Shown here: positions 17,938-26,194 of the stretch, piece after piece
Layout of the letters: each line of letters opens with the position of its first letter
How positions within the stretch are numbered: position 1 is the first letter of the stretch
Assembly (NCBI GenBank): GCA_021814065.1
Contig: JAKAIZ010000002.1
Location: 909 to 64,908 of the forward strand
Length of the DNA stretch: 64,000 nucleotides
Direction: 5' to 3'
DNA from: Nitrospirota bacterium
GTDB lineage: Bacteria; Nitrospirota; Thermodesulfovibrionia; Thermodesulfovibrionales; UBA6898
The notes under the pieces: model-generated
Told to the model about the DNA's origin: nothing
Seen by the model: only the letters and a program-made list of their open reading frames with translations
The model's database searches: none
Position numbers and translations under genes: made by a program

Positions 17938-18708
17938 ATGATCTTATATCCTATTCCGGAAAGAAGACCGACAACAATAGAACAGATTTCTTCAAAATGC
18001 GGGTCCGTGGGGATATGTACAGCCTGCGGGCGAATAGCATACTTCAGAAGATATCTTGATAACCACAGGGAACTGGGCAATTGTCTGTTTTGCGGAGCAA
18101 GCAACAGAAAAAGGCAGATATGCTACCTGCTGAGAAAAGAGCTTAAGTCAGGGGATATCGGAAAGATCATAACCTCGGCATCCATATTGAATGCGGAATC
18201 ATCCGGAGGGCTCCACAACTCCCTCAAACATAATACTAATTATATTTCGAGTGAATACTTCGGCGACGCATACAGGTCCGGAGAAATGGTCAACGGGACA
18301 TTACATGTGAATTTGCTGGATACACATTTTGACGACAACAAATTTGATTTTGTTTTGACGTCAGACGTGTTGGAGCATATACCGGACCCTTATAAGGCAT
18401 TCAGAGAAATCTATAGAATCCTGAGGCCGGGGGGCGTGCATATTTTTACCGTCCCTTTTTATCAGACCCATTACTTCGATGAAAAAAGAGCTGAGATAAT
18501 AGACAGCCAGATAATTCATCATATGGAACCTATCTACCATCTGGATCCAAACAATCCAAACGGGATTCTTGTCTATAATATTTTTTCGATCGAAATGCTG
18601 CTCAACTTAAGCAGGATCGGATACAGAACGATTATGCACAAACTTTATGCTTTTCGGTATGGAATTTTCGGCAACAACGCTATTATCTTTGAAAGTCGAA
18701 AAATTTGA
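17938..18708 (+). CDS. Class I SAM-dependent methyltransferase with an N-terminal Cys4 zinc-ribbon-like segment
   Basis: GAGGAG RBS. CTACG...CLFCG cysteine pairs. Methyltransf_11-like block FDFVLTSDVLEHIPDPYKAFREIYRILRPGGVHIFTVP. Confidence 0.8.
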   Translation: MILYPIPERRPTTIEQISSKCGSVGICTACGRIAYFRRYLDNHRELGNCLFCGASNRKRQICYLLRKELKSGDIGKIITSASILNAESSGGLHNSLKHNTNYISSEYFGDAYRSGEMVNGTLHVNLLDTHFDDNKFDFVLTSDVLEHIPDPYKAFREIYRILRPGGVHIFTVPFYQTHYFDEKRAEIIDSQIIHHMEPIYHLDPNNPNGILVYNIFSIEMLLNLSRIGYRTIMHKLYAFRYGIFGNNAIIFESRKI

Positions 18709-18793
18709 GGCGGAGCCACTTCGCCAGATAGGACTTGTCGGTGAATGTGTGGGCTGTTTTTTTATTGCCGTGGGTGGCTGACGGCATCATTCT

Positions 18794-20557
18794 TCAGTCG
18801 GCACCCTTGTGAATTTCAGGGACCGTGAAAATCTCTTTTTTGTCAGGATAGTACGCTACAAACAGATCTTCCAAGTGATGCAGTGCGGTGCCGTCGAATG
18901 GTCTCATCTTCTTATAAATGTGCACTCTGACATCATTATCGAGGAGAAACTCATAGTTCAGTGCGTCAAAAGATGAGCCAATGCCCCCCTTCAGATGCAT
19001 TTGTTCAGCGAGAATGCCGATGACCCTCTGGTCTTCTGGCCTGAGATGATACTGTTCAGGTTCCGCGACTACCACATAGCCTGCGGAGAGAAGATTTTTA
19101 GGAAAGCCGTCTTTTTTATCCACATGGCTGGAGGCAAAGATCTTGTTGCAGAAGGATTGTGGATAATCAAAAGCACGGCAGGCGTTTCTTAAGATGTCGT
19201 CGTTGATAATGGTCGAGCTTGCGACGACATAAATTCCTTCCGTGTCGTTTCTTACTAACTCCCCTAAGACATCCAGCAACTTCCGGATTTCTCCCAGATC
19301 GTTCCTTACTAGCGGATAATGTCTATACCCCGTAATAAAAGGCGTTATCTTTGGGTATTTGTCGGCAACTCCGGGAATAAATACAGTGAAGATCTGTATG
19401 GTGAGAATAGCGACATATGCCGACGAAAGGGAAAGCCTTAGCGGCAGATTTTTCACCCACTTAAGGAGACCTGAGGCGAATAAGGATATCACAAGAATCA
19501 TTGATGGCATGAGTTGATAAAGATGCTGAGCGCCAAAATTCTGGACTCTCGAGAAAAGGACGACAACACAGATGGAATGCACAATTAAAAAGATGGAAAA
19601 ATGTCTCGTCTTTTCCGCGTAAACGCTGTAAAGCAAGCCGGCAACGAATATGACAGTTGTGAATGGGCCGAAATACCAGTAAAACCTGCCGAATATCTGG
19701 CTGAGGGTATTGTCAGATTTATAAGCGGAATAAATGTCCGCATAATCCGTTGAAAGCATCTTTGTCGCCTGAGGCCCCGCAATCAGAAAGAAAACGGCCG
19801 TGGCTGCGCAGCCGATGACAATTATGTTCCTTGCGGCGGAGAAGTACTTTTTGAAGTTCAGGCGGGATCGACTGAAAAGCGCCACTGACCTTTCGGCCGC
19901 AAGGGCGACAAAAAAGGAGACGACCCAGTATGCATACCATCGCCTGAGCAGCACGAGAAAGGCAAGCATTAGTCCCAGGGATATAAGCGTCTTCGCAGAC
20001 ATATCCTCGACGGGTGTGCGGCAGAGGACCAAAAGAATGCAGAAGATGACGACGACTCCCGCGGCATCAGGATATCCCAAAAAAACGGGGTTCCAGAATT
20101 GAACGAAAAGGAGAAACGTCGAAAGTGTGACCAACTCGGCAAGAAAGGATTCCCTCTGATCACTCTGGGAAGTAAGGTTTCTTACAAGTGCTGTGCAAAG
20201 AATTGCCGAGGGGAGTACATATACATTTGCGATCGCCAAAATGTATGGCAGCCTGCCCGCCCCGAAAAGCAGCCGAAAGGGCATTAGAAAAAGTACTGGC
20301 AGGAGATTGTAGTCATCCTGCCGGATGGTGCGCCAGATTTCAGAAAAAGCATTCACCGGCGAGTACATCAGGAGATCGCCAAGATTTTGATATTTTACCC
20401 AATAATTGTAGTAATCCCAGAAGTAGATATACCGCTCCTGGCTGATGAAATAATAGACGAATGAATTGACGAAGGCGAAAGCGACGACAAAAAGAAGCAT
20501 CTGGCTGAGGTTGACTTTTGTCCCCTTAATAAGATATTTTCCCATACGATTCCTCAA
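18794..20557 (-). CDS. Polytopic membrane protein with a C-terminal soluble domain (GT-C-like; function unassigned)
   Basis: 587-aa ORF with about 11 hydrophobic helices in the first 400 residues, followed by a soluble tail. It is divergent from a polyprenol-P glycosyltransferase gene. No catalytic motif recognised. Confidence 0.6.
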   Translation of the reverse strand: MRNRMGKYLIKGTKVNLSQMLLFVVAFAFVNSFVYYFISQERYIYFWDYYNYWVKYQNLGDLLMYSPVNAFSEIWRTIRQDDYNLLPVLFLMPFRLLFGAGRLPYILAIANVYVLPSAILCTALVRNLTSQSDQRESFLAELVTLSTFLLFVQFWNPVFLGYPDAAGVVVIFCILLVLCRTPVEDMSAKTLISLGLMLAFLVLLRRWYAYWVVSFFVALAAERSVALFSRSRLNFKKYFSAARNIIVIGCAATAVFFLIAGPQATKMLSTDYADIYSAYKSDNTLSQIFGRFYWYFGPFTTVIFVAGLLYSVYAEKTRHFSIFLIVHSICVVVLFSRVQNFGAQHLYQLMPSMILVISLFASGLLKWVKNLPLRLSLSSAYVAILTIQIFTVFIPGVADKYPKITPFITGYRHYPLVRNDLGEIRKLLDVLGELVRNDTEGIYVVASSTIINDDILRNACRAFDYPQSFCNKIFASSHVDKKDGFPKNLLSAGYVVVAEPEQYHLRPEDQRVIGILAEQMHLKGGIGSSFDALNYEFLLDNDVRVHIYKKMRPFDGTALHHLEDLFVAYYPDKKEIFTVPEIHKGAD

Positions 20558-20631
20558 AATTATTGGTTATATTAATGGATAGCAATCCTGGATGTAAATG
20601 ATGAGAGAGTTCCGAACTCACGCCGCGTACC

Positions 20632-21582
20632 ATGAAACTTAGCGTCGTCATCCCGCTCTTCAATGAAGAGGCCGTTATAGGGACCACCCACGCGACTGTC
20701 ATGGAGACGCTTGCCGGGCTTCTCGGGAAAGGCCTGATCGACGACTATGAGATCGTCTTTGTCGACGACGGTTCCCATGACCGTTCCCTGGAGATCCTCA
20801 GAAAACTTGCGGGAGAATCGTCCAAGGTGAAGGTGATCTCTTTCAGCCGGAATTTCGGTCATCAGCGGGCCCTGGCAGCAGGGATACTCCACTCCTCGGG
20901 GGACGCGGTCGTGAGTCTCGACGCAGACCTTCAGGACCCCCCGGAGCTGATCGGCGAGATGCTCGAAAAGCTCCGGCAGGGCAACGACATCGTCTATGCC
21001 GTCCGGAGGGAGAGAAAGAAAGACACCGTGTTCAAACGTCTGACGGCGCGGTTCTTCTACCGCCTTATGCGGAGCATGGGGGTGGACCTTATCTATGACC
21101 ACGCCGATTACCGGCTCATCTCAAAGAAGGTCGTCGCTGCGTTCCGGCGCATCGGAGAGACCAATATCTTTCTCCGCGGGATCTTTCCCTATCTCGGCTT
21201 CAATCACGAAATCGTCTATTACGAAAGACAGGAGAGGTTTGCAGGCGCTACTAAATATCCGTTACGCAAGATGCTGGCCTTTGCATGGGAAGGGATTACC
21301 TCCTTCAGCAATGTGCCGCTGAGGCTTGCCTCTCTTGCCGGACTGACCATCTTTGTCACTTCACTCTGCCTTGTCTCATGGGCTTTTTACGAAAAATTCG
21401 CCGGAAGGACGATCCCCGGCTGGACCTCTACGGTTATCCCGATCTTCTTCATCGGCGGCTTGAACATACTCTTTCTTGGACTGATCGGGGAATATATCGG
21501 GAAAATTTACCTTGAAGTGAAGAGGAGGCCGCTTTTTCTCGTGAAGGAGACGCATAATCTCGGAGAACCGCCCCGGGGATAG
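20632..21582 (+). CDS. GT2 polyprenol-phosphate glycosyltransferase (GtrB/ArnC-like)
   Basis: MKLSVVIPLFNEE...VDDGSHDRS...DADLQDPPE, plus two C-terminal TM helices (LAGLTIFVTSLCLV; IPIFFIGGLNILFLGLIGEYIGKIY). Confidence 0.9.
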   Translation: MKLSVVIPLFNEEAVIGTTHATVMETLAGLLGKGLIDDYEIVFVDDGSHDRSLEILRKLAGESSKVKVISFSRNFGHQRALAAGILHSSGDAVVSLDADLQDPPELIGEMLEKLRQGNDIVYAVRRERKKDTVFKRLTARFFYRLMRSMGVDLIYDHADYRLISKKVVAAFRRIGETNIFLRGIFPYLGFNHEIVYYERQERFAGATKYPLRKMLAFAWEGITSFSNVPLRLASLAGLTIFVTSLCLVSWAFYEKFAGRTIPGWTSTVIPIFFIGGLNILFLGLIGEYIGKIYLEVKRRPLFLVKETHNLGEPPRG

Positions 21583-21644
21583 GCCGCGACAAGAACCCCG
21601 GTAGTCGTCCGGTCCTCTGGCCCACCGGGATGGCAGTGCCGTCA

Positions 21645-21673
21645 TTGAATTTTTTCCTGTAAATTGTTAAAGT
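21645..21673 (+). promoter_or_regulatory. Candidate sigma70-type promoter for the amidase/MamK-like/SPOR genes
   Basis: TTGAAT (21645-21650), a 17-nt spacer, then TAAAGT (21668-21673). If it is used, the amidase start is more likely ATG 21686 than GTG 21674. Confidence 0.25.
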
Positions 21674-22732
21674 GTGCATACTATTATGATTTCCGCCTTT
21701 TCCAGGAAAAAAGAGCTGAAGGTTCGCCAGGAGATCCTGAAAGGGATCTACGAAGAGAATCTTCGTATAATCGGCAAGAAAAAGGGCGTCCTTTTGAGAC
21801 AGCGGACGTTCTCTCCGAACAGGGTCTTGCTGATATTATGTATTGCGGCGATAGTTGTCCTGGCGGGGGGTAATTATCTGGATGCCCCCTTGCTTGCCGA
21901 AAAGCAGACAGCGGGGGAAATAGTGATGCGTCCGCTCCCATCGTCCGCTGAATTGCCTAACGCCTCGGATTTTAAGGCCTTTATCACCAATGCGGACGTG
22001 TCAGTGAGCCGCACCTTCGGTTTGGGAGTCAAAACGATCATGATCGATGCGGGCCACGGCGGTGTGGATTCGGGGACAAGGGGGAAGATGGGAACCGCAG
22101 AGAAGGATATCGCCCTCGACATTGCAAAACGTCTCAAGGCCCGTCTCGACAAGTACGGACGTTTTCATGTTGTCATGACACGGAGCGAAGACGTCACGCT
22201 GCCCCTCAATAAGCGGGTCGAACTTGCCCGGGAGGCAAAGGCCGACCTCTTTGTCTCGATACATCTCAATTATCTTCCTTCCAAGCCGATCAATATCATC
22301 GAGACGTATTATTTCGGTCCATCCGCTGACAGCAAGACGCAGGAGCTCGCCGAACAGGAAAACGCCGGCTCCCAATACGGCCTCGGTGAATTCAAGGAGG
22401 TCATCGAGAAGCTCGGCCAGAGACTCAAACTCCAGGAATCGAGGGAACTTGCCTATTCCATACAGAAGAACCTCTTTGTAAATATAGCAAAGGAAAACGG
22501 AAATGCCTACAACTTCGGGGTAAAGCGGGCGCCTTTTGTTGTGCTCCTCGGCGCCGAAGTGCCGGCCGTTCTTGCAGAGGTGTCATGCCTCAGCAACAGG
22601 CAGGAAGAGAAGCAGCTTAATACCGAGGCGCACAGGGAAAATATCGCGCATGACCTCGAAGCGGGGATACTGGACTATATAAATAAAGGAGAAGCAGGCT
22701 ATGGCGCAGACAGATACGCGGAAAAAAGATGA
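21674..22732 (+). CDS. N-acetylmuramoyl-L-alanine amidase (Amidase_3 / AmiC type) with an N-terminal membrane anchor
   Basis: IMIDAGHGGVDSGTRG...EKDIALDIAKRL...VVMTRSEDVTLPLNKRVELAREAKADLFVSIHLN...APFVVLLGAEVPAVLAEVSCLSN. One hydrophobic helix (VLLILCIAAIVVLAGG). Confidence 0.9.
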   Translation: MHTIMISAFSRKKELKVRQEILKGIYEENLRIIGKKKGVLLRQRTFSPNRVLLILCIAAIVVLAGGNYLDAPLLAEKQTAGEIVMRPLPSSAELPNASDFKAFITNADVSVSRTFGLGVKTIMIDAGHGGVDSGTRGKMGTAEKDIALDIAKRLKARLDKYGRFHVVMTRSEDVTLPLNKRVELAREAKADLFVSIHLNYLPSKPINIIETYYFGPSADSKTQELAEQENAGSQYGLGEFKEVIEKLGQRLKLQESRELAYSIQKNLFVNIAKENGNAYNFGVKRAPFVVLLGAEVPAVLAEVSCLSNRQEEKQLNTEAHRENIAHDLEAGILDYINKGEAGYGADRYAEKR

Positions 22733-23729
22733 GGTATTGTTTGTCGGGATCGACCTCGGGACGTCGAGGAGTTCGATTTCGGCGGGCAACGGCAAGCGGG
22801 AGTGGATAGAAAGTTTCGTCGGCTGGCCGAAGGATTTTATTGCAATGCAGGTGGTCGGCAAGCCGGTGCTGTTCGGCTCCGAGGCTTTGCAGAACAGGCT
22901 TTCCCTTGATATCTGCCGGCCCCTTGAGCACGGCGTGATCAAGGAAGGCATCAACAGGAACGACGAGGCGGTGAAGGAGATCATCAGGCACCTTATTGAA
23001 CTCGCCGGTCCTGCATCGGGACAGAAGATACACGCGGTCGTCGGCGTACCGGCCGACACCCTGAAGGTGAACAAACTGGCGATACGAAAGGCGGTGACGG
23101 AGTTTGTCCATTCGCTGATGGTTGTGACGGAGCCTTTTGCGGTGGCGTACGGCATGAACCTCCTGAATAATTCGATGGTGATCGACATCGGCGCGGGCAC
23201 GGCGGACTTCTGTATTATGCACGGGTCTATCCCATCGGAGGAGGACCAGAAGACCGTCCTGACGGCGGGCGATTACATAGACGAGCAGCTCTTCAGCTAC
23301 CTCAGCGAGAAATACCCGAATTCCAAGTTCAACAAAAATATGGTCCGGCAGTTCAAGGAGCAGTACAGCTTTGTCCGGGACACGCCGGAAGAGATACGGG
23401 TCGAAATCCCTGTGGACGGCAAGCCGGTGATGCACGACATCAAAAACGAGATAAAGCGTGCCTGCGAGAGCATCCTGCCGGCGCTCACAGAGACGACGGC
23501 CGAGATGATCGCGCGATTCGATCCGGAATTCCAGGTCAAGATAAAGAACAACATCGTCCTGGCGGGAGGAGGGAGCCTCATCAGGGGACTTCGCGATCAT
23601 CTTCAGGATGCGCTTAAGGAATACGGTCCCTGCAAGGTGTCGTGCGTCGAAGACCCTCTGTTTGCGGGCTCCGACGGCGCGCTCAAACTCGCTCAGGACA
23701 TGCCTTCGAAATACTGGGAACCTCTTTGA
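22701..23729 (+). CDS. MamK-family actin-like ATPase
   Basis: AAGGAGAAG RBS. Actin-fold motifs GIDLGTS, VVGVPA, VIDIGAGTADF, VLAGGGSLIRGL. Collinear with remembered MamK blocks: FVGWPKDF, LDICRPLEHGV, VVTEPFAVAYG, QFKEQYSFV, C-terminal KLAQDMPSKYW. Confidence 0.85.
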   Translation: MAQTDTRKKDEVLFVGIDLGTSRSSISAGNGKREWIESFVGWPKDFIAMQVVGKPVLFGSEALQNRLSLDICRPLEHGVIKEGINRNDEAVKEIIRHLIELAGPASGQKIHAVVGVPADTLKVNKLAIRKAVTEFVHSLMVVTEPFAVAYGMNLLNNSMVIDIGAGTADFCIMHGSIPSEEDQKTVLTAGDYIDEQLFSYLSEKYPNSKFNKNMVRQFKEQYSFVRDTPEEIRVEIPVDGKPVMHDIKNEIKRACESILPALTETTAEMIARFDPEFQVKIKNNIVLAGGGSLIRGLRDHLQDALKEYGPCKVSCVEDPLFAGSDGALKLAQDMPSKYWEPL

Positions 23730-23765
23730 GATTCTCTCAATACATATGAAGACGGGAGATTTACC

Positions 23766-24950
23766 ATGGCAAGCAAGACGGTCCTCGTAATCGACGCCGA
23801 TAGCGAAACAGAACAATTCATCGCTTCTACTCTTGAAGCCGAAGGGTATCTTGTGTTTGCAGTTCCCGGAGGTGACGTTGGCGCCGAGATGGCCCAGAAG
23901 GTCAGGCCTTCCCTGATTTTCGTGAATCCCGAAGATACAAGCGACAAGGGCATGGAGGTCTGCAGGACGATACGCAGTTATGAGTCACTTAAGAACGTGC
24001 CGATTATTTTGCTTTCCTCGGGTCCCCGGGGAACTGATCTCGGTCTATTAGGAGTTGTAGACGCCCTGTCAATGCCGGTCAGCTCAGCGGAGCTCCTGGA
24101 AAAGACCGAAAAGGCCATGAACGTCAAGTCTCCCGTCGTGCTTCGTGTCAGGGAGAAAGCCGCTGAGTTCCGGGAAGACAAAATGCCGGCTGCCGAATCG
24201 CCATCCCCTGGATTGCGGGAAGGGGTCTCTTCGAAGTCTCGTCTGTCGGACTTGTCGGAAATAGAGGACATGGAAGCAGAGGGAGAAGCAGTTAAGGGCA
24301 CTCAAAAAGACCGGGAGGTGCCTGCCGAATCCTACTTCCCGGAAGAAGAGACCGCTGGGGGAAAAAAGGGCAAGAAAGTTTTGTTGGCGCTACTTGCGGT
24401 ATTGGTGATCGTCGTCGGTGTGGCGGGAGCTCTTTATTATACCGGGCTGATACCGGGGGCCGGCCTTCAGACGAAGGTCCCGGCGGCGCCGCCAAGAACG
24501 GTCGAGAAGCCGAAAAAGCCCGAACCACTGCCCGCCGCTGAGACTGAAAAGCAGCCGGTTGCGGAGGAAAAGACAGCGTCTGCTCCGGCTGCCGCACAGA
24601 CGCCGGTTGCCGCTACTGCGCCTCACGCGGCGGAAGTTCAAACGCCATCGCCCAAGACTTCTCCTGCGCAACCGCCTGCTACCAAGGCGGCTCCGGCCTC
24701 AAAACCATCAGGCAAGACCGTCTACTCGGTCCAGGTCGGGGTCTTCAAAAATGAGAAAAATGCCTCGACGCTCTCAAAGAAACTTAAAGAAAAAGGGTAT
24801 GATGCATTTATCCTGAAGAGCAGCAGTAGAGAGAAGGGTACCGTATATAGGGTGCTGGTCGGCAAGTTCGAAGACAACAAGAAATCCCGGGAAATGGCAG
24901 TCCAGATCAGCAAGAAGGAGAACATCAAGGCGGTCATTTTTTCAGAATAA
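23766..24950 (+). CDS. Bitopic protein: pseudo-receiver domain - TM helix - Pro/Ala-rich linker - SPOR domain
   Basis: REC-like VLVIDADSE...PIILLSS, but the acceptor position is N (LIFVNPED) and the conserved Lys position is M (LSMPV). TM helix VLLALLAVLVIVVGVAGALYY. C-terminal SPOR pattern YSVQVGVFKNEKNA...GYDAFI...YRVLVGKFEDNKKSRE. Confidence 0.85.
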   Translation: MASKTVLVIDADSETEQFIASTLEAEGYLVFAVPGGDVGAEMAQKVRPSLIFVNPEDTSDKGMEVCRTIRSYESLKNVPIILLSSGPRGTDLGLLGVVDALSMPVSSAELLEKTEKAMNVKSPVVLRVREKAAEFREDKMPAAESPSPGLREGVSSKSRLSDLSEIEDMEAEGEAVKGTQKDREVPAESYFPEEETAGGKKGKKVLLALLAVLVIVVGVAGALYYTGLIPGAGLQTKVPAAPPRTVEKPKKPEPLPAAETEKQPVAEEKTASAPAAAQTPVAATAPHAAEVQTPSPKTSPAQPPATKAAPASKPSGKTVYSVQVGVFKNEKNASTLSKKLKEKGYDAFILKSSSREKGTVYRVLVGKFEDNKKSREMAVQISKKENIKAVIFSE

Positions 24951-24987
24951 GCCCTTGCGGCTCGGTGACAGCTATCCTATAATATCC

Positions 24988-25048
24988 GTCATTGCGGCTT
25001 GTCCGCAATCCTTCTTAAAGAAAGATTCCCGACAAGCGGGAATGACGG
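24988..25048. repeat. MITE/REP-like palindromic element
   Basis: GTCATTGCGGCTTGTCCGCAATCC...AAAGATTCCCGACAAGCGGGAATGACGG. Termini CCGTCATT/AATGACGG. It sits between convergent operons. Confidence 0.6.
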
Positions 25049-25072
25049 TCCGGCGGCCGACTGGCGAATTCC

Positions 25073-26194
25073 TCAGCGTCTTGATTTATCGCCATTCGCC
25101 GTGTCGATGAGGAATTTTTCGAACCGGTAAGCTATCTTGTCCCAGGTCATGTCTTTGGCAGATTCCCTGCCCCGCAGTCCGATCTCTGTACGGTCCTTGC
25201 TTTCCTCAAGCTCCTTCATACACTGTGCGAGCGACGAGGCATCACCGGATTTAAAAGTCTTTCCCGCACCGTTCTTCTTCACAAAGGAGAACCCTGATAT
25301 GTCGCTTACAACGACCGGTTTCCCGCAGGCCATCGCTTCGAGGACCGCGATAGGCTGGACTTCATGGCGCGAGGGAAAGACCGCGAACGCAGCTTTACTC
25401 AGGACTTCTGTTTTTCTGTCGCCGGAAACCCAGCCGGTAAAATCGATTTTCCTCCGCACTTCCCCGGGCAGCGTCATGACTGAGGCCTTGAACTTCTCCA
25501 TGTCCCTGCCGTCACCTGCGATCACAAGCCCTATATCAGGAAGCCATTGCGAAAAATCCCTGTACGCGGCAAGGAGGAGATCGAGCCCCTTGCCGTATAT
25601 GTCTATTCTCCCGAAGTAAAGAACATAGTCTCCTTCGAATGTCGGAACGCCGAGAAGTTCCGGTGAAACGCCGTTGGCAATGATCGCAATGCGGCTCTTT
25701 GGATTCTTGCGAAACTTGCCAGCCGTTTCCTGGCTGATAAAAATAAAGTTCCGGTAGCAGGCAGGCCGCAGCTGTTCCATAAGGGAGAGGACCGAGGCGT
25801 AGAGAGGATTGTATTTTCTGAAATAGAGTGTTCCAGTGTATCCCTGGACCTGGAGCACTGCCGGCTTCCCGGCCACGGCGTGAAGAAACGTGGGGATCGC
25901 GGGAGAAAATTCCTCGATGATGACGTCATACTCACCTCCTTTTTTCTTGACGAACCGCGCCGCATGGTAAGCATAGGAGAGGAGCGTTATTGCTAGGCTC
26001 CTGCTTTCAGTCCCTGCAAATAGGTGCCGGAGTCCGTCCTTGTACCCGTCCGCCGCACCAGGATATTTCTTGCAGAGCAACGTGATATCGTGCCTGTCCT
26101 TCAGGTGCCGATAGATCTCATAGGCCCTGACGCCGACACCGCCGATCCCGAAATAATCCCCCTGGCTTTCGTAGAGAAGATGCAGTATCTTCAT
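25073..26194 (-). CDS. GT4-family (GT-B) glycosyltransferase
   Basis: 373 aa. C-terminal E..PIAVLEAMACGKPVVVSDISG motif typical of Glycos_transf_1. Confidence 0.85.
   Translation of the reverse strand: MKILHLLYESQGDYFGIGGVGVRAYEIYRHLKDRHDITLLCKKYPGAADGYKDGLRHLFAGTESRSLAITLLSYAYHAARFVKKKGGEYDVIIEEFSPAIPTFLHAVAGKPAVLQVQGYTGTLYFRKYNPLYASVLSLMEQLRPACYRNFIFISQETAGKFRKNPKSRIAIIANGVSPELLGVPTFEGDYVLYFGRIDIYGKGLDLLLAAYRDFSQWLPDIGLVIAGDGRDMEKFKASVMTLPGEVRRKIDFTGWVSGDRKTEVLSKAAFAVFPSRHEVQPIAVLEAMACGKPVVVSDISGFSFVKKNGAGKTFKSGDASSLAQCMKELEESKDRTEIGLRGRESAKDMTWDKIAYRFEKFLIDTANGDKSRR

Noticed and set aside
22617-23816. 399-aa minus-strand ORF covering the MamK-like gene
   Set aside because: It is antisense to a gene with clear family motifs. 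Its translation is Arg/His/Leu-rich with no motifs, which is typical of a shadow ORF in GC-rich coding sequence.
21674-24950. Interpreting the MamK-like gene as part of a magnetosome gene island
   Set aside because: No mamA/B/E/I/M/P/Q, mad or man genes, cation diffusion facilitators, PDZ proteases or magnetochrome motifs (CxxCH pairs) are visible anywhere in the window. The immediate neighbours are cell-wall genes.
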